From a virus, in IMG/VR virus record IMGVR_UViG_3300023174_005299, positions 1 to 64,000 of that record: a stretch of DNA of 64,000 bases. One strand, written 5' to 3'. The notes beneath the pieces were generated by a model. The model ran no database searches. It worked only from the letters and a program-made list of their open reading frames with translations, and was not told where the DNA came from. Both the position numbers and the translations under genes were made by a program. This document shows, piece after piece, positions 28,077 to 36,689 of the stretch; position 1 is the stretch's first letter; every line of letters begins with the position of its first letter.

Positions 28077-29612
28077 TTAGTGGAACATTAAGTAACTGTC
28101 GATCACATCCTTGCGATTGGCTGCACGATCTCCGGCACCGGGCTGTACAATAACATTCCACTTGGGTGCAGGACCCACCGGTGTTGCCAGCATTTGATCG
28201 TAGGTGATAATTGACTTGGGATCAACCTGATATTGCTGTGCAAGACGTTGTTTAAATGTGTCAAGTGCTTCAGGACTGGCAAACTGTGTGCGGCCCTTGG
28301 CGTCTTTGATCAAACTGTTGCCGTTACGTGCAATCAAATCAAAAAACATGTTCTTGGGAACTGTAACACCTTGCTTGACTGTGGCTCCAGGATTTTGTTG
28401 TTTATAGAATTCCACTTTCTTTTCTTCGCCACGTTTACTACCTGATGAGAAGTTCATTGTAAAGTTTGCAGGTGACGCACCTGTGGCAACATCGCCCATC
28501 TTGGTGTAGGCATAGAATTGTACATCAGGATTGGATTTAGCAACATCATAAGCAAGATCCAAGTATTCCTTACTGAAGAAGTCACCAGCATCGTGCCAAC
28601 GCACAACTAGTTGAATACCAGCTTTGTCTGCTTTGGCTTTAATTGTTTTAATCTCTTGATTGACTCTGGCACTGTAACCTTCGGGATCATTCACCAAGAA
28701 ATTTAGTGCTTGCGCCGCTGACATAGAGCTAGCAGGGAACATGACATAGCCACCCTTACGTGCATAGCAGAATAATTGGCAAGCACCAGCACCAGGACAT
28801 GTAGTAATTTCCACAAAGTCACCGGTGTCTTCATCTACAACAATGCCACTCAGCGCCGGCAATGTCAAGTCATAAATGATTTCACCTTCAGTCTTGCTCT
28901 TTTCCATTTTGGCATTGGTACCAAGTATAGCTCGTGGGCGTGTAGTAATTTGACTAGCTAAGTCGTCTAAGTCCCACTCGGTGTTGTTATCGTCTTTGGT
29001 GATGGCTTTGATGTTGCTGCCGTGAATAATTGGGGCAAACTTATCACGCTTGGTCTTTGTACCGGTCTTGATACGATTAGCATAGCCCTGCAATTCATCA
29101 CGTGGTATTGTGCGTTGTGGTGCGTTGAGTTTGATTGCTTCCGCCACACCTTGCTCTTTTTTAACAACAAACGATATTTGTTTGTTTCCAGTGTTGGGAT
29201 CTGTGTATACGCTCTTGAACACTCTACCGCCATGTTGTTTGGCATGAGCAAATGCTTCTTGTTTGTTGTCAAATCTGTTAGTAGGTGGCTTGATCATTGG
29301 GCTGGCTTCTTCGCCTATGCCACGAACAGCACGATCTAATCGCCATCTTTGTTGCGGTCCCAGCAAATGATTGTCTTCGGGTTTGGGACTATGGCCACCG
29401 TAACGACTTGGGTCAGCATGATGTCTTATACCTGTGGCAGTTTTTTCCACCGACCCTAGGTTAACTGGGGAATTATCTGGCGGAGAATTTGGTCCACGAC
29501 GACCACTGTTGGCGTTGCCAGCTTCTTCAACACCTTGATCTTGAATGTTCAATACCTTGACTGGAAATCCACCCAGGGTTGTTTCTTTTAATATAAAATC
29601 GTGAGCTCTCAT
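28077..29612 (-). CDS. modular protein with C-terminal Gp88-like (radical-SAM-related) domain; MRAHDFILKE leader
   Basis: CPGAGACQLFCYA, VRWHDAGDF, FYAYTK; QGVEE and QGVAE linkers. Confidence 0.65.
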   Translation of the reverse strand: MRAHDFILKETTLGGFPVKVLNIQDQGVEEAGNANSGRRGPNSPPDNSPVNLGSVEKTATGIRHHADPSRYGGHSPKPEDNHLLGPQQRWRLDRAVRGIGEEASPMIKPPTNRFDNKQEAFAHAKQHGGRVFKSVYTDPNTGNKQISFVVKKEQGVAEAIKLNAPQRTIPRDELQGYANRIKTGTKTKRDKFAPIIHGSNIKAITKDDNNTEWDLDDLASQITTRPRAILGTNAKMEKSKTEGEIIYDLTLPALSGIVVDEDTGDFVEITTCPGAGACQLFCYARKGGYVMFPASSMSAAQALNFLVNDPEGYSARVNQEIKTIKAKADKAGIQLVVRWHDAGDFFSKEYLDLAYDVAKSNPDVQFYAYTKMGDVATGASPANFTMNFSSGSKRGEEKKVEFYKQQNPGATVKQGVTVPKNMFFDLIARNGNSLIKDAKGRTQFASPEALDTFKQRLAQQYQVDPKSIITYDQMLATPVGPAPKWNVIVQPGAGDRAANRKDVIDSYLMFH

Positions 29613-32600
29613 TTTGCTTTGATCTCTTTCAGTTGGTTTTGTAGTTTGGTCATCAATAACGGTGGGCTGCCATTATCATCAATTGCCCAACCCAATTTCT
29701 TGGCTTGTCGCTGTGTTTCGCCAGGCTTGATATCAACTGTTAGGCCTGACACATAACGTGGATCGTGCGCCAGTTTGCTGTCAACAGGAATAAAACCGGT
29801 GGCTTCTTTTAACTGAACTGTTTTGGCACGGGCCGCCAGTTTTTCTGGCAAGGTAAATTCTGAATCAGGAGCAACACACACTGTGTCGACGCATTGATTG
29901 AGAACTTCGGTGGGCAAATCAATATAACTCAATGCACCACCATAGGCTTCTTGGAATGGCAAAGCAATGCCCACCAGGGAGTTGGTGAACGTTGGATTCT
30001 GTCCCACTTCACCAGGGCGATTCCCCCTCCAAAGACGAGTCTGACCTGATGCAACTGCCGGTAATTGACTTTGAATTTTGTTTGCTTGAGCAACTAGACT
30101 GCGAATTCGCGGTGTGTTTGCATAGTCATGCCCGTCATGAGTTATTTTGCCTTCTTGCTGTTCGTTTGATCTGACATACACTTTTTGCGGCAGTTGTTTG
30201 TTGTCGTTATTATATTTTGCCGGCTCACTGGATTTTTCTTTGTCAAAATACTTTCGCATCTCTGCTGAACTTGTCTTGGATTTTCTTTCACCGGGGGCCT
30301 TGGGCTTTGTTAAAAATCCAATTACACCTTCATCTGCAATATCTTCCGCTATTGGTTTTATTCTACTCAATTCGTACATGACTTTGTTGCCGGTTTCTGC
30401 ACGGAACGCACGGAAGCCCAAAGCCCTTGCATAACGCTGAACCAAACTGTCATACAGTCTTGCCCTGGTCATTGCTTTCCTTTGATCCTCATCTGGTTTA
30501 ACTTCTTTTGAGGCTGAGAAATATATTTTATTGGGCTTGTATTTTCCTTTTGCACCAGGCACCCTGTCAGAAATAAATGTTTGAACAGCACTTAGCACAG
30601 TGGCAAATACACGCTGTTGATCACCCTCACCTGTCTTTTCTTGACTGTTGTTTCTAAAGAACTCAACACTCCAGGCTTCCTCTTTTGTCTCTTGTTTAAA
30701 TCCCTTGTTAAACATAATGCTTAGAAAAGTTCCGTCATCTAATCGTGCTATTGCGTCTACATCACCGTGGTCACCCTTTTCCCACCGAAGTATTTTATAG
30801 GGTTGGTCCAATGATTCATTTATAGATTCATCAAATCGCCAATTACCAGTAAAAAATGGATCATTAATGACTATCTCGCCATCACTGCCAAGCATAAAAT
30901 TACCGCCATGCAAATCAAGTCTGTATCCCTTTCGGTCAGCAAGCTTATCCAGTTGCTCAATGGTGTTGGCCAACAACAGAAATTGTTGCCGCCCACCAAC
31001 CAATGACATTAGTTTTCCTGTTTCTTGATCTCCGTGGCGTCTTAGGAATTTATTAACTCCACGGTCTGCACCATTGGACTGTATCAAACTTGCCAGTTGC
31101 CCTAGCCTGGAACCAACCAGTATCAACCCAGACTTGCTAAGATCAAACATTCTTTCACAGTTGATCTGCAGATATCGTTTACCTTCAAAGTCAAAAGGTT
31201 CCCAGCCGCCAAACTGTGGCAAAAATGGATTGTTAGGCTTTGCCATGCAGTAATCGGCAAAGTCTTTGAAACTTTGTTGTCCTTGGGATAACTTACCGCC
31301 TGGACCGTAACCGAATATTTTGAGAACAGTTCCGTCGGGTGCTAGATAGGCATCTTGGTCCTGACCTTTGCCCAAAAATGCGTAGCCTTTTTTTACAAGA
31401 ATTGGTTGAATGTTTTTGCTGATCTGAGCTTCGTCTATGCTTTGTTTATCTTCGTCAGTGGTTGATTCGGGCACCGCTTGCCCTTGGCGACGACGCAGAT
31501 CATCTTTCATGCGCTGTAATAATTCTTCGCGAGCACCGGCAGCACCCATGTGCTTGATGGTCTGCGATGCACGCCCTATGGTTTGTATGTCCTTGACTGT
31601 TTGTCCAACACCACTGGTGGTGGCGCAACCAGGTGTGCCAGCTATGCATGCTGCCGCGGCCACGGCTGCTAGTTGGTCTTTGACAGATTCTTCCAATGGA
31701 ATATCTTTAAAAAATTCTGGGTACTGATCCACCCAATGACGCATGATACGGCCTGCCATGGCATTGGCCTCATCTTCGTGGGGTGATCCTGTTTCGCCTG
31801 CATCTACAGGCATGGTGGCCAGTTCATCCTGACGAGCATGCGTGAGTTCGTGTGCTAGAGTACGCAGTATGTCCAAAGGATGTCGGTTACTTACTGCCAG
31901 GGTCACTGAATATGTGTCAGTGTCAAACTGACCAAACGTGCCGTGTCTACGTGTCCACTCAGGATCTTTTTTTATTATAATTTTTGGGGCTTGTTCAATA
32001 CCAAGATATTCCATACAACTGTTTATGAATGGTTGCAGTATTTCTTTAATGTCACGGGGTTGTTGAGCTTCGGCTATGCTTTCGCTGACACCACCGTCAT
32101 CGCCACTACCACCGTCAAGCATGTTCAATGGACCAAAGCTGCCATACACAAATTTGGGTTTTTTGCGTTCTTTGAGACTTAGACTTTGGCTTTTGGCTGC
32201 TTGGCGTGCGGCTGTTAATCGATCCAATGTGCCGTTGTTTCTCAGCACTTTGAATGCTAGATTCTCGGGACTGAATTCACCAGTGTCTGCCAAACCAGCT
32301 TTGCGCATGTCTTTGATTTTGTCAGCAACTTGATCCATGCTGTCAAGGTCGCCACTTGCAATAGCCGAGTCAACTCGGTGTCCTAGATCTTCATACTTGC
32401 TCTTGACACTGATGTCATTGATGCTGGGTTGACTACGTTTGGGTACGCTCAACCATTTGTTGTCGCGAATTGAATATATGCCTTGACTGACATGCGGCTG
32501 TTTGCTGTCTTGCACATACAACTCAATGTCATAAGGGCCAATTTTAAAATTGTACTCATCATTGTATTGATACTTCTTGGCATTGAACAGTTCTTGATAT

Positions 32601-32872
32601 ACAGGATCATCGGGAATGTCTACAACTAGGTGTAGGTCAATGTCGCTGTGTGGGGTATATGTGTAGGCAGCATTGCTGCCGCTCAGTGTTATATCTTTGA
32701 GTGCCAGGTCATCTACACCCAGAAATTCTCGAAAATCATCTGCAATTTTCAGCAGATGATCTCGAACATCCAGGCGTAAATGTTGGTTAGACCCCCATAG
32801 TCGAGGGTTTAACTCTTGGTTAAATTTAATTGCGTCACTGAGACGAAATGATTCTAGTTCGTTGATGTCCAT
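29609..32872 (-). CDS. large polyvalent protein: Pol-beta-type nucleotidyltransferase, HExxH metallopeptidase, protein-kinase-like domain and further modules
   Basis: GSNAAY...SDIDLH; LAHELTHARQ...EDEAN; LGKGQ...VLKI...DLHGGNFM...INDP. Confidence 0.8.
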   Translation of the reverse strand: MDINELESFRLSDAIKFNQELNPRLWGSNQHLRLDVRDHLLKIADDFREFLGVDDLALKDITLSGSNAAYTYTPHSDIDLHLVVDIPDDPVYQELFNAKKYQYNDEYNFKIGPYDIELYVQDSKQPHVSQGIYSIRDNKWLSVPKRSQPSINDISVKSKYEDLGHRVDSAIASGDLDSMDQVADKIKDMRKAGLADTGEFSPENLAFKVLRNNGTLDRLTAARQAAKSQSLSLKERKKPKFVYGSFGPLNMLDGGSGDDGGVSESIAEAQQPRDIKEILQPFINSCMEYLGIEQAPKIIIKKDPEWTRRHGTFGQFDTDTYSVTLAVSNRHPLDILRTLAHELTHARQDELATMPVDAGETGSPHEDEANAMAGRIMRHWVDQYPEFFKDIPLEESVKDQLAAVAAAACIAGTPGCATTSGVGQTVKDIQTIGRASQTIKHMGAAGAREELLQRMKDDLRRRQGQAVPESTTDEDKQSIDEAQISKNIQPILVKKGYAFLGKGQDQDAYLAPDGTVLKIFGYGPGGKLSQGQQSFKDFADYCMAKPNNPFLPQFGGWEPFDFEGKRYLQINCERMFDLSKSGLILVGSRLGQLASLIQSNGADRGVNKFLRRHGDQETGKLMSLVGGRQQFLLLANTIEQLDKLADRKGYRLDLHGGNFMLGSDGEIVINDPFFTGNWRFDESINESLDQPYKILRWEKGDHGDVDAIARLDDGTFLSIMFNKGFKQETKEEAWSVEFFRNNSQEKTGEGDQQRVFATVLSAVQTFISDRVPGAKGKYKPNKIYFSASKEVKPDEDQRKAMTRARLYDSLVQRYARALGFRAFRAETGNKVMYELSRIKPIAEDIADEGVIGFLTKPKAPGERKSKTSSAEMRKYFDKEKSSEPAKYNNDNKQLPQKVYVRSNEQQEGKITHDGHDYANTPRIRSLVAQANKIQSQLPAVASGQTRLWRGNRPGEVGQNPTFTNSLVGIALPFQEAYGGALSYIDLPTEVLNQCVDTVCVAPDSEFTLPEKLAARAKTVQLKEATGFIPVDSKLAHDPRYVSGLTVDIKPGETQRQAKKLGWAIDDNGSPPLLMTKLQNQLKEIKAK

Positions 32873-32892
32873 ACGAACTATATTTACCGCAA

Positions 32893-33765
32893 TTATTTTT
32901 TCTTAGTAGATGTCTTGGGTTTGGCTTTTTTAGCTGGTTCGTCGCTAGCCAGTACCACTGGTTCATTGCTGGCCAACACCACTGGTTCTTGAACTGGTGT
33001 TGCAGGCGTTTGTGTCTTTTGTAAATTGGCGTCCATGGCTTGGAATGCACGATACAAGGGTTCTTGTGCCTGGAAGTCAAACACATAGCTGCCGGTGTGC
33101 TTGAGCAACACACGTTTGTCCACCCAGATTTTGCCACCGATGTCACGCCAGTTTTCACAGAACGTCCAGTCTTCACTGTAGTAGCGATTTTCACGCACAG
33201 CAGTGTCATAGTAAGTGCGCAAATGCTGGTCCAGTTCCTTGGGCAAGCCAATGTCATTGTTGAATGGCTTGACTGCGGGGTGGGCATTGAGTTTTTCAAA
33301 CACATCGCGCTTGACCAACATAAAGCCGGTACCAGTCTTTGATACTTCTTGTAAGCCATCTTCGCCTTCTTCGGCGCCGTCAAACCCATTAACTACCCAC
33401 TTAACTGGCAAGGTCTTCATGGGATACAATCCACCAATCACATCAACTTGGCGATTCAACATCACCAGCAGATGCCAAGGTTCCCAGCCAATGTCAGCAT
33501 CGATGAACATCAAATGCGTTGAATCAGGATTGGCCAAAAACTTAGCCACTAGGGTATTACGTGCACGACTGATCAAACTTTCATTGGTCATGGTTTCCAT
33601 GGTCCAGTCAATGCCTAGTTGTCGGCATGTGTTGGCCCATTTGATGTAGCTCATGAATGTTGATTCAGTTAACATGCCACCATAACAGGGCATGCAGATG
33701 TGTACGCGAGTAGTGCGTAAGTAGTCGACGTTGACTTGAATTTGTTGTTGCTGTTGTTCGGACAT
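32893..33765 (-). CDS. GT-A-like glycosyltransferase
   Basis: ESLISRARN, THLMFIDADI, GTGFMLVKR, SEDWTFC; low-complexity C-terminal tail. Confidence 0.8.
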   Translation of the reverse strand: MSEQQQQQIQVNVDYLRTTRVHICMPCYGGMLTESTFMSYIKWANTCRQLGIDWTMETMTNESLISRARNTLVAKFLANPDSTHLMFIDADIGWEPWHLLVMLNRQVDVIGGLYPMKTLPVKWVVNGFDGAEEGEDGLQEVSKTGTGFMLVKRDVFEKLNAHPAVKPFNNDIGLPKELDQHLRTYYDTAVRENRYYSEDWTFCENWRDIGGKIWVDKRVLLKHTGSYVFDFQAQEPLYRAFQAMDANLQKTQTPATPVQEPVVLASNEPVVLASDEPAKKAKPKTSTKKK

Positions 33766-33945
33766 TGTTTCCTCGTAAAAAAATTGTGCAAATATTTAAC
33801 AAGGTCGCCAACCAGCGGTGATTTTTATGTGGGTATTTTGAGTCCAAGTCCGATTATTGGAGCATGGCGCACTGGGCGCGGTGTCATTTTTGTGAGTGGA
33901 GACCCGTGCTGTTGAGTCTTGGGCGCTCGTGTAGTGGATTGAGGT

Positions 33946-34980
33946 TTATTGGCTGGTTTCATCGATGTAATCGTTGTTCTCGCCAATGTCAATCTCACGG
34001 CCCCGGGCCACTGGGCGTCGCCCTTGTTTTTGTCTAAAATCTTCAAGTCTAGCCAAGGCCTGCAATTTGCTCTGCATTGCGCCGGCCTTGTACAATACAT
34101 GTTCAGCACCGCGATAATTGCCAGATTTTAACATCCCGATTATTTCTGCAAATTGTTTGGCCAGACTGGATTTCAATGTATCTTCAGTCCAAGTGCCAAG
34201 TCCGCCTGTGGGACGAATTAATTCGCCTTGATCAGGATCATTGACTAGTGTAGCCTCATCAACTGGTGATTGTTTCCTGACAATGTCGGCCATGGCCTTT
34301 TTGTTGAGATTTTTAGTTTCTGCTGGCGCTTGTTTGCTGTCAGTGCCCATGCCGTTGTCCATGAGCTTGACTGTGACGTCTGTGAGTCTTGGATTATTGG
34401 CTGTGGCTGGGTACATGATGTTAACCAACTGTGCTTTGGTAGCATCATCATAGTTGGCCCACTTGGCACGAATTTCACTGCCTGATGTCATGCCATTGAA
34501 TTCATGCACAGGCAGGTACTTCAAATAACCGTGTTGACTCATTGGGGCAAGGCCATTGCGCTTGTAGTACTGCAACCAATCACTCACAGGTTGCCCTTTT
34601 CTAGCACCGCGAGTGACCAAGGGCAACTGCCCAGTTTTGGGATCTACTTCAGCCGGGAATGGTCCTTCGGGATCGGGTCCGTTTTTGGCATTCTTTTGAC
34701 TCTTGACAAATATTAACTGTGTATCATTGTCGGGATAGTGGCTGGTGATTTCGTCGGGTTTAAACGGACTCTTAACTTGTATGAATCTATGTGGTGGCAC
34801 ACCGGCCAGTTGTGCTAGTTTTTTCTTGATAGCAAAAGGAAACGGTCGTTCACTGCGATCATCAGTGGCTGCAATATAAACATCAGCTGAAGGAAATGCT
34901 TCGACTGCTTTGTCATACAAAGCCTTGTGTCCTGCATGGAACGGGTGAAAACCACCGGGAATTATAACCAATTTTTTCAT
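33946..34980 (-). CDS. HIGH-family cytidyltransferase-like protein with C-terminal extension
   Basis: PGGFHPFHAGH, SGSEIR. Confidence 0.8.
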   Translation of the reverse strand: MKKLVIIPGGFHPFHAGHKALYDKAVEAFPSADVYIAATDDRSERPFPFAIKKKLAQLAGVPPHRFIQVKSPFKPDEITSHYPDNDTQLIFVKSQKNAKNGPDPEGPFPAEVDPKTGQLPLVTRGARKGQPVSDWLQYYKRNGLAPMSQHGYLKYLPVHEFNGMTSGSEIRAKWANYDDATKAQLVNIMYPATANNPRLTDVTVKLMDNGMGTDSKQAPAETKNLNKKAMADIVRKQSPVDEATLVNDPDQGELIRPTGGLGTWTEDTLKSSLAKQFAEIIGMLKSGNYRGAEHVLYKAGAMQSKLQALARLEDFRQKQGRRPVARGREIDIGENNDYIDETSQ

Positions 34981-34995
34981 ATTGATTATTTATGT

Positions 34996-35427
34996 TTAGA
35001 TGTTTTCTAGGAACCAAATATAAACTGGGCTAGAGAATTTAAACTCTACTTTACCATTACAGCCCATGATACCGTATAATTTATCTTCTATGATGTCTGC
35101 ATTTTCATCGTTGAAACTGTGATGATATGTGTTTAATTTGTAAAAAAGTTGAGTTGATTCCACACCTTCAAGGAAAATATCAAAGATTTCAATGACATGA
35201 TCTTCGACAATTACCCCGGCATCATCAACCACAGTGTGTTCACATGTTTTGCCACTTAGGAAAAATTCCACGACGTGATCTTGGTCATTTTCATCATCAA
35301 AACAGTGCTTGAAAGTGCGTTCGGCAGTGACTGCATCGGAGAATATCTCCTTGCCATCAAACACAAACTTAAAGTGCAGATCAGGGCTACAAGCCCTGAC
35401 AGTGAACGTAAACTCTGATTGGGTCAT
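34996..35427 (-). CDS. hypothetical protein
   Basis: 143-aa ORF in operon orientation. Confidence 0.6.
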   Translation of the reverse strand: MTQSEFTFTVRACSPDLHFKFVFDGKEIFSDAVTAERTFKHCFDDENDQDHVVEFFLSGKTCEHTVVDDAGVIVEDHVIEIFDIFLEGVESTQLFYKLNTYHHSFNDENADIIEDKLYGIMGCNGKVEFKFSSPVYIWFLENI

Positions 35428-35430
35428 TGA

Positions 35431-35799
35431 TTAATATGAAAGCATGACTTTGGTAATTGTGCCAGTTTGGAAATCTTCAACTCTGGCACGTAGCCATGTA
35501 AAATTTCCTGTGACGTTTGCGCTAAAATTGTCAGTGGTGGTAGTTGTAGTGCTATCAAAATCATAGACTTGAAACCAATCTGCCTCCACAGCCGGGGTAC
35601 TTTCTAAAGTGGCTTGTATGCGTATTCTACCTTCAAAACTCAGTAGAAAAAATGCAATAGTCTGCAGTCCCCCGTAGGCACCATAGTAGTTTGCTGCCTT
35701 TTGATCTTCGCCACTAAAGTCTTGACTAGACCCATCATAGTTGCCCGAAGGGGTTCCATAAGTGGTGGTTGGCAGCAGTTGTACTGTGGTGGTTTTCAT
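35431..35799 (-). CDS. hypothetical beta-rich protein (possible virion protein)
   Basis: IQATL...DWF...GNFTWLRA pattern. Confidence 0.6.
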   Translation of the reverse strand: MKTTTVQLLPTTTYGTPSGNYDGSSQDFSGEDQKAANYYGAYGGLQTIAFFLLSFEGRIRIQATLESTPAVEADWFQVYDFDSTTTTTTDNFSANVTGNFTWLRARVEDFQTGTITKVMLSY

Positions 35800-35963
35800 C
35801 AGGCTTTGTCCGCTTCAACAACAACGCCTGCGCCTGCTAGCTCTTCGGCCACGCTTTGCAGAGCCGCAATGACATCAGCAGTGGCAATCTCGCCACCTGC
35901 ATCACTGTCTTTGACCAATTTTGATAGTTTGATCACAACTATTTCTTCGTGTATTTTTGCCAT
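35799..35963 (-). CDS. small protein (54 aa); absent from the ORF track
   Basis: Hand translation MAKIHEEIVVIKLSKLVKDSDAGGEIATADVIAALQSVAEELAGAGVVVEADKA; TGATG overlap downstream, CTAAATA upstream. Confidence 0.7.
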   Translation of the reverse strand: MAKIHEEIVVIKLSKLVKDSDAGGEIATADVIAALQSVAEELAGAGVVVEADKA

Positions 35964-35969
35964 AGTAAA

Positions 35970-36689
35970 TTATTTAGTTAAGACTTGAATTGTTTTTCTA
36001 ATTAATCCTGGGGTAATTAATTCCAACATTTGAGATATTGCATCATTGTTGTGATCAAAATAGTAGTGACGTGCCACTAGATTATAGTGCCTTACACCAG
36101 CACTACTGAGCCAGGATTTGAAACTGGGACCTAGATTGATCCCTTGTTGACTTGTCAGGTACGCTGCCAAGGACTTTTTGGCTTCTTGAGAAATCAAACG
36201 TTCTTTAAAGTATGTTCGCCGAGTGTATTCACCAGTACCACGCACTGAATCAAAAGGTCTGTCAATTAACGCTTCGTGTACCACCTTGACATTGAAATCT
36301 TGAGCTGTTAGTTTGTCGACTTGTGTGATATCATTGGTGTAAACATAACACCAGTTTCTTGTGGTGGAAAATTTAAAATCTCCAGCTTGATTTTTGATCA
36401 AAGAATACAACCTGCACAATCTTTGTTCTCGATTAGCAAGAGTGAGTTCGTCATTTTGATAAGGTCTTGGAATCGCCCAAGACCCACCATAGTTGATATC
36501 CGGCTGCCAGCCCAGGCGTTTGGAAATAGTGTCAGGCGCAGTATCAACGTCATTGGAGAACAACCCACGCAACACACTGCATCTAGGTTCATTGATTGAA
36601 ATACTGTATTTGTATTTGTTAAAAAACAATCGATCTGTTGATTTTTTCTTATGCATCGGGATCAAGTTTTTCAAAAATAATGTAGCCAT
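35970..36689 (-). CDS. hypothetical protein
   Basis: 239-aa ORF; start could be 36656. Confidence 0.6.
   Translation of the reverse strand: MATLFLKNLIPMHKKKSTDRLFFNKYKYSISINEPRCSVLRGLFSNDVDTAPDTISKRLGWQPDINYGGSWAIPRPYQNDELTLANREQRLCRLYSLIKNQAGDFKFSTTRNWCYVYTNDITQVDKLTAQDFNVKVVHEALIDRPFDSVRGTGEYTRRTYFKERLISQEAKKSLAAYLTSQQGINLGPSFKSWLSSAGVRHYNLVARHYYFDHNNDAISQMLELITPGLIRKTIQVLTK

Noticed and set aside
33825-33962. 45-aa ORF (MKPANKPQ...) in the gap after the cytidyltransferase
   Set aside because: No RBS or recognisable motif; cannot be told from a chance ORF
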